Sequence record: NC_070936.1
Direction: 5' to 3' (one strand)
Length of the DNA stretch: 64,000 bases
Positions within the stretch are counted from its first letter, which is position 1, and each line of letters begins with the position of its first letter. A program made the translations under genes and the position numbers. A model generated the notes under the pieces. It was not told the DNA's origin, did not search any database, and saw only the letters and a list, made by a program, of their open reading frames with translations. This document shows, one piece after another, positions 41,309 through 50,678 of the stretch.

Positions 41309-41669
41309 GTTCAGGGTCAACACCTTTAACTCGATAAAATCAAAACGTAAAGCTGAATTGGTATTTAAAGATATCGATAAGACATTAACTCGAATTGCTA
41401 ATTCGATTCATAAGGGTTATACCTTAGCAAACCGTTTTAGTCCTTTCGATCATCAAGAGTATCGTCCTTACCCTTACTTTGAAATTACATGGTCTGAGAT
41501 CGACAATCCTCGTAATATGACTGTAACAATTACTCGTGGCGTATTCAGCATTACAATCACTCAAGACTCTTGGAGCAAGTTCCATGTTTGGGCAACCAAA
41601 TGGAAAGCTATTAAACCAGTGACTCTTGAAGAGTGTGATGACATTAACTTCTATACTCGATGGTGGTAA
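41259..41669 (+). CDS. hypothetical protein
   Basis: 136 aa, GGAG RBS. Confidence 0.6.
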   Translation: MVTIGDSPFDLYIEFSKFRVNTFNSIKSKRKAELVFKDIDKTLTRIANSIHKGYTLANRFSPFDHQEYRPYPYFEITWSEIDNPRNMTVTITRGVFSITITQDSWSKFHVWATKWKAIKPVTLEECDDINFYTRWW

Positions 41670-42118
41670 GTGTGGATCATAAAGAACAGTTGTTCGAAAA
41701 CTGGAGTGCTTTGAGGAATCGTATTCTTCAAGCTCATCCATGTAGAAGAAGTAAAGTAGATGTATTGGTCTCTTTAGATAAAGAGTTCATACGTTTAGCT
41801 CGCGGGTTACTCAAATTGCAAGTATCCAAAGGTAGTTACAAAATCATCCAGGTTGATACAACGTTTATCACCAAGGATCATGTAACGCTTAAGTCTCGTG
41901 ATGGGTTTACCATTAACATTTATGAACGAGATTATGAGCTGTTCCAGGAATGGGCTCATCTACCTGACGATCAAAGGACTATAACAATCCACGTGTTCAA
42001 GCATGGGTATCGTCTCAAAGAGAAAGCACCTGATGTCAAGAAACCACCAAAACAAGCTCACGAGATAGCTGAAGAAGTAGATAAACTATTGAATGGGGAT
42101 AATGCCGGAGATATGTAA
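41660..42118 (+). CDS. hypothetical protein
   Basis: 152-aa ORF. Confidence 0.6.
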   Translation: MVVSVDHKEQLFENWSALRNRILQAHPCRRSKVDVLVSLDKEFIRLARGLLKLQVSKGSYKIIQVDTTFITKDHVTLKSRDGFTINIYERDYELFQEWAHLPDDQRTITIHVFKHGYRLKEKAPDVKKPPKQAHEIAEEVDKLLNGDNAGDM

Positions 42119-42720
42119 TGGCATGGTTAAAACGTAGTTATAAAAGAGATTGGCTTCAACGTTCTCCAATGTTGAATACAATTAGTTATCGTCATGAACT
42201 TAGTAATATAACTACATGGGAAGTTAAGCCTGAATCCATCGAGAAGGATCCGAATAAAAGAACTTGGGCTGATGATTATTATCCAAGGGAAGTTATTCAT
42301 ACTACCTTTGAACTTATATTCTCTATAGGTTCTGAGATCGTTAAGATTCACGCCTCTGACTTTATAGGAGCCAGTGACTCATTAAAGGACTATACAAGAA
42401 AGTTAGAGTTATTAAGAAACATCGTACAACGCTTTATGAATGAATACAGGCCATTCCACGATATGGATAAGGCATTCATCATCAAAGAGTTTTTAAACCC
42501 AGGAGAAGGCCCTACAGCGATCTATACGAGCACTGTTGCTATCAGTACATCAACCACACATGGTTTCTTCTTTGAAATAGCTTCTTGCGATGATAAAGCC
42601 AGACTCTATGTCGAAAAAGAAAAAGACTTCTTAGAGTTGTTAATCAAGCTCACTAAGTTTTTAACTGCCGCGATTACTGATGCCAAGACTACTATGGATA
42701 CCTATAAGGGTCGTCTCTGA
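42118..42720 (+). CDS. hypothetical protein
   Basis: 200 aa, TAATG-coupled. Confidence 0.65.
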   Translation: MAWLKRSYKRDWLQRSPMLNTISYRHELSNITTWEVKPESIEKDPNKRTWADDYYPREVIHTTFELIFSIGSEIVKIHASDFIGASDSLKDYTRKLELLRNIVQRFMNEYRPFHDMDKAFIIKEFLNPGEGPTAIYTSTVAISTSTTHGFFFEIASCDDKARLYVEKEKDFLELLIKLTKFLTAAITDAKTTMDTYKGRL

Positions 42721-42736
42721 TTTAGTTACATTCATA

Positions 42737-42759
42737 GTCAGGTCTATATTATCTAAGTG
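42737..42759 (+). promoter_or_regulatory. putative early promoter, copy 4
   Basis: GTCA-ggtct-ATATTAT-ctaa-GTG. Confidence 0.6.
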
Positions 42760-42794
42760 TATAGACCTACAACAATTTAATTAGGAGTTTAGAA

Positions 42795-43334
42795 ATGAAA
42801 GTTCTTAAAGTTATTCTGACCGTTGTTATCGCTCTAACTATTATTCTCTACACTACTGTTGCAGATGCAGCAGGGTGGGAAGTAGACAAGCAAGAAGGTA
42901 CCCATTTACTCTCTATCCGAAATGTTGGGGATCAAGGCGGGTTTCTTAAACTAAGCTGTAATGTAGAAACCAAGAAGCTGTCATTACAGTACATGTTTGA
43001 TCGTAAAGTTTATGACTTCTTTATTATTCGTAAATTCGGCGACATTGATGGCAATAGTGTTAATGGTAAAATTGCAGTAGGTATGGGTACAACTACCCAA
43101 GCTCAAGTATTCCACGATCTAGTAATCAACCGTGGAGCTATTGCAGTGATCCGTATGCCTGTCGGTACCAAAGCTATTTGGGATAAAGCCATTGCTGATA
43201 ATAACCCCATCCCTCCTGCTATCGAGCAAGAAGGTGAAGAGTTCTTCCTGATGGGTAATGACATTTCCAAATTGATGAACAAACTGGGTTCATCTTGCCC
43301 ATTCAATGCTGAAGATAAAGAACCTATCTTTTAA
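42795..43334 (+). CDS. exported (periplasmic) protein
   Basis: Signal peptide ending ADA|A; two Cys (LKLSC, SSCPF). Confidence 0.75.
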   Translation: MKVLKVILTVVIALTIILYTTVADAAGWEVDKQEGTHLLSIRNVGDQGGFLKLSCNVETKKLSLQYMFDRKVYDFFIIRKFGDIDGNSVNGKIAVGMGTTTQAQVFHDLVINRGAIAVIRMPVGTKAIWDKAIADNNPIPPAIEQEGEEFFLMGNDISKLMNKLGSSCPFNAEDKEPIF

Positions 43335-43346
43335 GTTGAATACAAA

Positions 43347-43369
43347 TTCAGAAATATATAATCTAATTG
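43347..43369 (+). promoter_or_regulatory. putative early promoter, copy 5
   Basis: TTCA-gaaat-ATATAAT-ctaa-TTG. Confidence 0.5.
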
Positions 43370-43430
43370 ATTTTAAGCCTTGCGGCCTTTGGGTTTCTGA
43401 AGGCCCTTAATAACATATAGAGAGAGCACT

Positions 43431-44072
43431 ATGAAAAAGATTAACATGCTGGTTGCACTGATTCTGATTGTCCTGTTCGCTGGCTTTGTTTACAGCGGTA
43501 AGTCAGCAGCAGCTGCTTATGATATCAAAGAAGATATCGAGGTTAAATCAATAGTAGCTCAGTCTGCTGTTGTTAAAGCCGAGAAAGTAATGAATGGAGT
43601 CGTGGATGGTATCTTCACAATGAAGTTCGGTAAGACCACTCAGAAGTTCATCATGCAATGCGATAAGAATCAGGAAACGGTCACCATGTATTATTACATG
43701 AAAGACATTACTGGTTATAAAGCTAAAGGCGCAACTGGTTTCAAAATCACTGCTTATAACAATGCCGAAGGTGGTTACACTCCAGGTGACGAATCCGTTG
43801 TTTATGACAGCGCCGATTCCAATGATAACCTGCAAGCAGCAATCACCAAACTGAACATCCTGGTTGAACACAATGTAGGTATTATTGCATTTGAGTTCTA
43901 CGAAGATGTTTCTGGTATTGGTAAATCACCAGTAGCTTACAGCATGATGTTCTCTCCTAAGGTGGCAGTAACGATCTTAGGTAAAATGAACGCTATCGAA
44001 AATGGTATTTGTAATATCGATGCTGGATTCAGTACTGTAACTCCGCTGGCTCGTTTAACAGATTCCCTGTAA
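43431..44072 (+). CDS. exported or membrane-anchored periplasmic protein
   Basis: N-terminal hydrophobic helix and AAAA cleavage region; two Cys (FIMQC, GICNI). Confidence 0.75.
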   Translation: MKKINMLVALILIVLFAGFVYSGKSAAAAYDIKEDIEVKSIVAQSAVVKAEKVMNGVVDGIFTMKFGKTTQKFIMQCDKNQETVTMYYYMKDITGYKAKGATGFKITAYNNAEGGYTPGDESVVYDSADSNDNLQAAITKLNILVEHNVGIIAFEFYEDVSGIGKSPVAYSMMFSPKVAVTILGKMNAIENGICNIDAGFSTVTPLARLTDSL

Positions 44073-44105
44073 ATTAAATTAATTCAATCAAACTTTTAGA
44101 GAGAA

Positions 44106-44786
44106 ATGAAAATGAAAAACGTATTTAAAATTATTGCTTCTGTAGTTCTTGCTTTCGGTCTGGTTGGTTGTGACAATAACGATGGGTTCGATAAAGACCT
44201 GTCTTCCGATCCGAAAGCTGGCGCAGTCGTTCGTGGCGAAGTTCTCCATAAAGTAGACTACGCTCAGAAATTGACTGTCAAGTCTGTTAAGATAACTGAG
44301 GGCGTCTACACCTTTGGTATTGCCATGAAGTCCCCAACTCGTCAACCTCAGGCAATTGTTTTTACCTGTGCTGTTGATGCTAATGCTGCCGGGATCGCCC
44401 ACACTATTTTGGACGAAAACAATTTACCTATCTCTGAAGTTTCAACTCTGAGCATCATGAAATATCGCAAAGGGATCAAAGAAATTACTGAGTTAGATGA
44501 AAGCACAACTCCGTTCTTCTCAACTGCTAATGGGGACTCTGACTTTATCGGTGCGATGAACAAACTGAAGAATCTTGATAAAGATACTCCAATTGCGTTC
44601 ACCATCGAAACCCCTGACTACGAAGGCTATGCTCAGACTAAAGGCTGGTCTATCATGGCGACTGCAGGTGAACTTTATAGTGCTTGGAAAGATGCACCTA
44701 CTAAAGCTTGCCAGGGAACCAACCTGACACTGGAACGTGATGACGTTATCACTGGTGTCACCAATCGTCAGTTAACTGGTAAATAA
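44106..44786 (+). CDS. lipoprotein
   Basis: Lipobox LVGC after a hydrophobic signal; two further Cys (VFTC, KACQG). Confidence 0.8.
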   Translation: MKMKNVFKIIASVVLAFGLVGCDNNDGFDKDLSSDPKAGAVVRGEVLHKVDYAQKLTVKSVKITEGVYTFGIAMKSPTRQPQAIVFTCAVDANAAGIAHTILDENNLPISEVSTLSIMKYRKGIKEITELDESTTPFFSTANGDSDFIGAMNKLKNLDKDTPIAFTIETPDYEGYAQTKGWSIMATAGELYSAWKDAPTKACQGTNLTLERDDVITGVTNRQLTGK

Positions 44787-44802
44787 AATAATTATGTGAT
44801 AA

Positions 44803-44828
44803 GGTTAGAGGGCTTCGGTCCTCTAACC
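44803..44828 (+). terminator. intrinsic terminator
   Basis: 11-bp stem with TTCG loop. Confidence 0.65.
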
Positions 44829-44870
44829 AAGTCATAAGAACCATTTTCTTTTTGCCTGCATTTAAAATTA

Positions 44871-44893
44871 TTCAGACGTATATTATTAGCATG
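44871..44893 (+). promoter_or_regulatory. putative early promoter, copy 6
   Basis: TTCA-gacgt-ATATTAT-tagc-ATG. Confidence 0.6.
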
Positions 44894-44930
44894 TATATGA
44901 ATAGTTTTAATTAATTATAGAGAGAACAAT

Positions 44931-45635
44931 ATGGAAAATGTTATCTTGACTGAGGAAGAAGCCAAAGTCCAAGCCGATAAAGACTGGGCTCAGTTGTTTG
45001 AATACAAGATGCAGAAAGAACTTCTGCGTTACTGTGTCTGGTCCATTTCTCTTAATGATATCGCCCATAACCTGGGTCATGTTTGGGATGTCTGTAAACT
45101 GGGGATATGGATATCTGAGGAACTAGGGTTAGATGAACGTTCTGCTCAATTGGTGAATGTAGGTTGTTTACTTCACGACATTGGTTGCCGCTATGAACGT
45201 AAGCATCATCATTTGATAGGTTATGGGCTTGTATATGAACTTGTTGGTCGTTACTGTCCAGGTGAGTTCACAGATGAAGAACTATTAACCATCGCAACTG
45301 CAGTACTGGAGCATCGCAGTTCCAATCCAAATAAACCATCTAATCTAATCAGCAGTATTGTTAGTGTCGCTGATTCTGGCGCACCTGACTTTAATAAATA
45401 CATTCGTAGAGCTGTGCAGTTTAGAAATAAGAAGATGCCAAGAGAACTTCTGATTGAAGAAGTTTATAAACATCTATTAGAGAAGTTTGGGGTCGAAGGT
45501 TATCACTGGAGAAGTTATCCTGATATTGGATTAACTTTATTCAAGAATGAATGGGATGACTTCACTAAGAAACTTTACGATGATAAATATACCATGTCGG
45601 TTATAGAGACGACCTATGACGCCATAGGAGGCTAA
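44931..45635 (+). CDS. HD-domain metal-dependent phosphohydrolase
   Basis: HNLGHVWDV, LLHDIG, HHLIG, LEHRSS and VADSG HD-superfamily motifs. Confidence 0.85.
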   Translation: MENVILTEEEAKVQADKDWAQLFEYKMQKELLRYCVWSISLNDIAHNLGHVWDVCKLGIWISEELGLDERSAQLVNVGCLLHDIGCRYERKHHHLIGYGLVYELVGRYCPGEFTDEELLTIATAVLEHRSSNPNKPSNLISSIVSVADSGAPDFNKYIRRAVQFRNKKMPRELLIEEVYKHLLEKFGVEGYHWRSYPDIGLTLFKNEWDDFTKKLYDDKYTMSVIETTYDAIGG

Positions 45636-45637
45636 AT

Positions 45638-46096
45638 GTGCACAGTAACTCAGCTGAATACATGCTGAATGGAATAGTTGTACTGATCATGTTAGGATGT
45701 ATTATAGGAGCTATTTGGATCTTTGTCTATGATCGCTCAGCAGACCAAAGGTTCAGTTGGCACCAACTCGTGAAGAACAGTTTCCACGTTGTGGTTATTT
45801 GTTTGAATGGGAAAGAATACACTCTTGATATTCATTACAACTGCAAAGCACAATCTCCGGTATACAAGTTGAAAGGACAACGTAGTTTAGTACTATATTT
45901 ACCCACTGGCTTTACACGTCAGCAATTTCTAGACTACGTAAATGGATTAACGGGTATCGATGATCAATTGCTTAAGGTCATCAGAAGTATTAGAAATGAA
46001 AGCATTCTTAAAGAATGTGATTTCACACATGAGGATATTTCAACATACCGAGACTTTAAACGACATTTGCTATTAAAGGCTTTAAGAAATAAATGA
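45638..46096 (+). CDS. membrane-anchored hypothetical protein
   Basis: GTG start after AGGAGG; one N-terminal TM helix. Confidence 0.65.
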   Translation: MHSNSAEYMLNGIVVLIMLGCIIGAIWIFVYDRSADQRFSWHQLVKNSFHVVVICLNGKEYTLDIHYNCKAQSPVYKLKGQRSLVLYLPTGFTRQQFLDYVNGLTGIDDQLLKVIRSIRNESILKECDFTHEDISTYRDFKRHLLLKALRNK

Positions 46097-46503
46097 ACGT
46101 AATACTCTTTGCAGTGCTGTTCATCTTTGCCGTCCTTATTGGTAAACTAGTTATGGGTAATCCCAAATCTAAAGTTACTTCAACCATAAAAGGTCGAGTA
46201 ATGGTGATAAGATATCAAGACAGGATTCTTAATGTGACTGGAGACCGGAGTGTAAGGTTAGTTCTTTATACCCGATTTAAGAATGTTGAGCATATCGTCA
46301 TTCCAATTGGGAGGGGTAAGGAAACAGCAGATCAGGTGGAGAAGTTCTTTATCACATCGAGAAGAACCTCTATCTTAGCAAAGGGACTATTCTCGTTCAG
46401 TTCTGCTATTAACCCGATAGAACTAATGCAGTTCGATCCAACCTGTGCAGCCGAATTAGTAGAAGCTCAGTTAAAGTTACAATCCTTCTGTAAAATGAAA
46501 TAA
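46093..46503 (+). CDS. membrane-anchored hypothetical protein
   Basis: One N-terminal TM helix; ATGA-coupled. Confidence 0.65.
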   Translation: MNVILFAVLFIFAVLIGKLVMGNPKSKVTSTIKGRVMVIRYQDRILNVTGDRSVRLVLYTRFKNVEHIVIPIGRGKETADQVEKFFITSRRTSILAKGLFSFSSAINPIELMQFDPTCAAELVEAQLKLQSFCKMK

Positions 46504-46507
46504 ACAA

Positions 46508-46558
46508 CATAAAACCCCTACCCCTCCTTTCGGAGTGGGTAGGGGATAATAACTTATG
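46508..46558. repeat. repeated intergenic hairpin, copy E
   Basis: cataaaacccctacccctcctttcggagtgggtaggggataataacttatg at a convergent junction; GAAA loop on the minus strand. Confidence 0.8.
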
Positions 46559-46567
46559 TTATTTTTT

Positions 46568-47470
46568 TTAGCCCATGTATTTAGGCTGGGTCACGCTACG
46601 AGCATCTTTGTTCATGATGTCGATCAGACCGTTGTTCTGAATACCCTGCAGAGTTGCAGTAGGCTGTTTGAAGCCAGCCGGAGCTGCACGACCACCTGGG
46701 TTGTACAGAGGCATACGCTGCATTACAGCACGTGCAATCTCTTTAGCAGCCAGAGTATCAAACTCCATCAGGCCAGTGAACTCAGTGTTGATTTCACGTA
46801 CAGCACCGGAAGAGTTATCAACGTCAAAGCTGAACTCATAGTTCGCACCTTCTTTAGGCATCTGAGCCAGAACCAGGCAAGCGTGACGCACATCGCGCCA
46901 GTTACGGCTTGGTTCGAAGTAGATGGAACTCATGGAGATTTCATCCAGAAGCATTTCGCCCTGATAGTTCAGAGTGATGATCTTAGGATGACGAATCACT
47001 GGGTCATTCAGCAGGTAGCTGATCCAGGTATCCATCAGTTTGGAGAAGGATTCACCTTCTGGGTCCAGAGCCATGTGGCTGATCGCACCGAAGGTACGAG
47101 TAGAACCCACTGGGAAGCTCAGAGTAGAACCGCCAGCCCAAGTGATGTCATGGTAATCAACCGCAGTACGAACACTCAGACCAGACCAGTTACGGCTACG
47201 GGTTTCCATGTATGCACGAAGCAGACCATGAAGCTCCTGACCGCCAGGCAGTGCCGAGAACGCAGCTGGGGTTGACAGGTTGACGCAGTAAGGACGCTGG
47301 GATACATATGGTTGTTCCTGAACAAAACGGAAGTTGTTCGGAGCAAAGCCATACTGACCGCCGAATGCAGCGTTGATTACCGGGGTATTCCGGATATCGA
47401 ATGCACGGACGAAATCAGAGTTCCCCGGCATCAGCGTCATATTGTCGCGATATGGGTAGTTAGTTGCCAT
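46568..47470 (-). CDS. tail tube protein (phiKZ gp30-like)
   Basis: 300 aa, directly downstream of the sheath gene; very strong codon bias. Confidence 0.75.
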   Translation of the reverse strand: MATNYPYRDNMTLMPGNSDFVRAFDIRNTPVINAAFGGQYGFAPNNFRFVQEQPYVSQRPYCVNLSTPAAFSALPGGQELHGLLRAYMETRSRNWSGLSVRTAVDYHDITWAGGSTLSFPVGSTRTFGAISHMALDPEGESFSKLMDTWISYLLNDPVIRHPKIITLNYQGEMLLDEISMSSIYFEPSRNWRDVRHACLVLAQMPKEGANYEFSFDVDNSSGAVREINTEFTGLMEFDTLAAKEIARAVMQRMPLYNPGGRAAPAGFKQPTATLQGIQNNGLIDIMNKDARSVTQPKYMG

Positions 47471-47481
47471 CTTTTAATTCC

Positions 47482-49677
47482 TTATTCTGCTGCGAGGCTG
47501 TCTTCGTTGTAAGCTTCCAGCACGGAATCCATCATGTAAACACCTTTACCGAACCAGAGGCGGGTAACTGCGTACATTACAGATTTAGAAGTTGGGGAAT
47601 CTTCACGGAATGAAGTTTCAACTTCCCAGTTGGAAATTACAGAACCGAACAGATCACGGATGCGTGCTTCTGCACCGTCTTTAACGCGAGCCAGATAACC
47701 TTCACGACCCAGCTGTGGATCGCCAGAAACCTGAATCCACTGATCTTGCAGAATCTTCTCAACGCAGACACATTTCCAAACGTTGGTCAGATCTTTCAGC
47801 ACACTGTTGATGTTGTCATAAACAGTTGGAAGTGCCGGACGGCAGAACTGAGACTCGGTGATTGGAGTAACAGTGATCGAACCGTTGATCAGGTTGTTAG
47901 CAGCAGGATCGTCAGCTTCGAACTGAACCTGTGGATCGTGAGCGATACGCAGGATACGGTTAGCATCATGATCAGGCATTTGAGAAGCAAACATCTTACC
48001 GTCTGCACCACCACCTGCTACAGCAAATGCGTACATCAGGTCGATGTTCAGAGAGAAGCGTTCCCAGGTAGGTTCGTTAATGTAACGAGCATCCCACAGG
48101 TTGATAGAAGCACGGCAAGCCGCAGCTTTATACACTTCAGATTCTGGAATCATGGTGATACGAGTGTTCAGCATGGTAGCGGTAGAGTAGATCTCATCTT
48201 GGCTCTTATTGCGCAGCCATTCGGTAGCACAAGGAACAACAATGATATCTTTACGCTTAGACATGAACTGAATCAGGATATCTTTAATACGCTGGTTAAA
48301 ACCAACGTCCCACATGAATGAAGCACGGTTACGAATAACGTCTTTAACATCCAGGGAGTTCTGATATTCCAGCAGGTAAGCTTCCAACAGAACCTGGTTC
48401 ATTTCCCAGCACTGTTTAGTAGTGATCACTGCATCTGGATCAGATACATCAACTACCCACTCACCATCGACTGCATCTACCCAGCTAGCTGGTTTAGCAG
48501 GGAATTTACCATCAGCATCTGCGTATGGGTTAATACCGCCGCTAGCTTGCAGGTAATGGTTAGGACTCATGCGAGTACCAGTCAGAGAACCTTCAACGTT
48601 CAGGTTACCACCGAACACGATGCGATGATAAGGTTTACCGAAATGGTTCACCAGATCCAGCATGTTCATGATAGCGAACTTAGGCAGACGTTTAGACTGA
48701 ACAGCCGGAGGCAGAATAGTACCATCGCCATATTCAGCATCATACAGTTCTTTAGCTACCGTACTGATGTTTTGTGTATAAGAGAATACAGTATCAAACG
48801 GAGCATCACGGAGTTCGACTGGACGGTTTACGTTGTTACCGGTGTATTGATCAACTGCAGTTTTCAGGCTGTAGCGAACATTCAAATCGGAAACAGTATC
48901 GAACATGGTGAAGGTGGTATCAGGAACACCATTAATAGTATTCGCTGGAACACGCAGACCATTATCCAACAGAGTACCCAGGTTCAGGATGAACGGGTAA
49001 GAACCATTGGTCATAACGAAACGAGCTACTTCGTTCCAATCGGTGTTTGCACCGTGGCCGATAGTTGCATAGTTAGCATTATAAACATCACCGATACCGG
49101 AGATGATTTCGCTCAATGGATAGAAGGTACCTTTGGTGCTAACCGGAATATCTGGAGTACCTTCATTAGCGGTTACTTCCATTGGTTTAGCTGAGCCAAC
49201 ATCACCTTTGGTTGCCATTACTGCAGGACAAACCCAAACACCTTTGACGGTTGGTGCATCTTTGTTGACCACAGGGTTGCCCGTCGCATCTTGTTGGTAA
49301 TCGTCATTAACATCACGATCATAATTCGGCACATCACCTTTAAAGATAGCTACACCGAAGATAGTACGTGCTTTAACGTCGTTATTAACCAAACGTTTGA
49401 AACGGAAAGAAGCTTGACCCGCGCGGCCTAATTGCTGGATAGCATAGGTAACTGGGTTGTAGTACATACCGAACGCATCAGTAGTGTCGCCGAACTTTTC
49501 AGTGAAAGTCCCAACAGCTACCGTACCGCCTTTGGTTGGCCCCTTAGGGGTTACCGAAGCGAAGTCCGGAAAGTGAGCAGGAGAAGAGATAACCGGTACA
49601 CCGGCCGGGAATTGTTCCCGACTAACAATACCATTATTTACCACTTTACCTGGAATCACTTTGTTAAAAGTATCCAT
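47482..49677 (-). CDS. tail sheath protein (phiKZ gp29-like)
   Basis: 731 aa; PAHFPDF..VTPKGP N-terminus, WDVGF...K, CRASI; followed by the tube gene. Confidence 0.85.
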   Translation of the reverse strand: MDTFNKVIPGKVVNNGIVSREQFPAGVPVISSPAHFPDFASVTPKGPTKGGTVAVGTFTEKFGDTTDAFGMYYNPVTYAIQQLGRAGQASFRFKRLVNNDVKARTIFGVAIFKGDVPNYDRDVNDDYQQDATGNPVVNKDAPTVKGVWVCPAVMATKGDVGSAKPMEVTANEGTPDIPVSTKGTFYPLSEIISGIGDVYNANYATIGHGANTDWNEVARFVMTNGSYPFILNLGTLLDNGLRVPANTINGVPDTTFTMFDTVSDLNVRYSLKTAVDQYTGNNVNRPVELRDAPFDTVFSYTQNISTVAKELYDAEYGDGTILPPAVQSKRLPKFAIMNMLDLVNHFGKPYHRIVFGGNLNVEGSLTGTRMSPNHYLQASGGINPYADADGKFPAKPASWVDAVDGEWVVDVSDPDAVITTKQCWEMNQVLLEAYLLEYQNSLDVKDVIRNRASFMWDVGFNQRIKDILIQFMSKRKDIIVVPCATEWLRNKSQDEIYSTATMLNTRITMIPESEVYKAAACRASINLWDARYINEPTWERFSLNIDLMYAFAVAGGGADGKMFASQMPDHDANRILRIAHDPQVQFEADDPAANNLINGSITVTPITESQFCRPALPTVYDNINSVLKDLTNVWKCVCVEKILQDQWIQVSGDPQLGREGYLARVKDGAEARIRDLFGSVISNWEVETSFREDSPTSKSVMYAVTRLWFGKGVYMMDSVLEAYNEDSLAAE

Positions 49678-49784
49678 AGTAAAACCTCATTAATTTTTTT
49701 GATCAAAAAAATCAATCGTATGACCCTAAAATCGGGCATGACAGTTAACGTTAACACGCATAACATTATTTCAGGACTAGAGTT

Positions 49785-50660
49785 ATGATATTAAATGGTT
49801 ACGATACTACCGTGGGTAGTAGATTCAAAGTTAAAGACAAGGTAACTGAAACGATTAACGCTTTGCAAAGCACTGATCGTTTAGAGTTAGTTGATAATCG
49901 CGGTGTGTTCGCTGTTGATCACAAAAACGATTTCGGACTTCCTCCTTTTATCTTCCCAATCTCTCTCATTAACTATGCAAGAGAGCCAGTTACTGTTTTT
50001 GACCAACGCACTTACTTTAATAAAGCAGGACGCAATATCAACGTTCCTGAATATAACGTAATGTTGCTGGCAAGTATTCTTCAACAGGATGCTCAAAAAG
50101 GTAACCTTACCTTAATTAAATCAGTTCGTCCATTCACTATCAAAGCATTCGCTAATGCTGTTGGTAATGCCATCGGTCGCACAACTACACTTGATATTGT
50201 TCAGAAGATAACGCTGCGCATTATCCTGGGTTATTATTTCGTTTGTCTGTCTGAAAGTCCTAACGTGGATTATTCATTCATTGCACAAAACGCAGTATCT
50301 CGTGCACTTCGCATTCCTCAAGCTCAGGTACAAGAAGTTATCGAAGATCTGGGTTACTTAGCGAAAGTTGAAGACCTGCTGAAAGCTATCAAAGAACAAC
50401 CTTCTCTGTTCTCTCTGAGTCGTTTGGATATTGGTGGTCTTGTAGCTGCTGGTTCCAGTGTGTTCTTCTCAACATCTGGTTTCCGTATGTTGATGGGTGC
50501 TGCTCTAGAAATGCCTACTTTATTTACGGCTATCTGCTGGGGCGCTGCAACTCAGAAGATCTATCAGAATACCGCTGTTGGTCAAGAGCTGAATGTGAAA
50601 GAAGATAAAACAGTTTCTAGCTTCATTGCTACAACTGAATACTACTTCACTGGTCGTTAA
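49785..50660 (+). CDS. conserved jumbo phage protein (phiKZ gp28-like)
   Basis: 291 aa, divergent from the sheath; MILNGYDTTVG N-terminus; synteny. Confidence 0.6.
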   Translation: MILNGYDTTVGSRFKVKDKVTETINALQSTDRLELVDNRGVFAVDHKNDFGLPPFIFPISLINYAREPVTVFDQRTYFNKAGRNINVPEYNVMLLASILQQDAQKGNLTLIKSVRPFTIKAFANAVGNAIGRTTTLDIVQKITLRIILGYYFVCLSESPNVDYSFIAQNAVSRALRIPQAQVQEVIEDLGYLAKVEDLLKAIKEQPSLFSLSRLDIGGLVAAGSSVFFSTSGFRMLMGAALEMPTLFTAICWGAATQKIYQNTAVGQELNVKEDKTVSSFIATTEYYFTGR

Positions 50661-50678
50661 TCTTTTTATTATCTTGGG

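Noticed and set aside
46556-47275. 239-aa ORF antisense to the tail tube gene
   Set aside because: Shadow frame of a highly biased structural gene.
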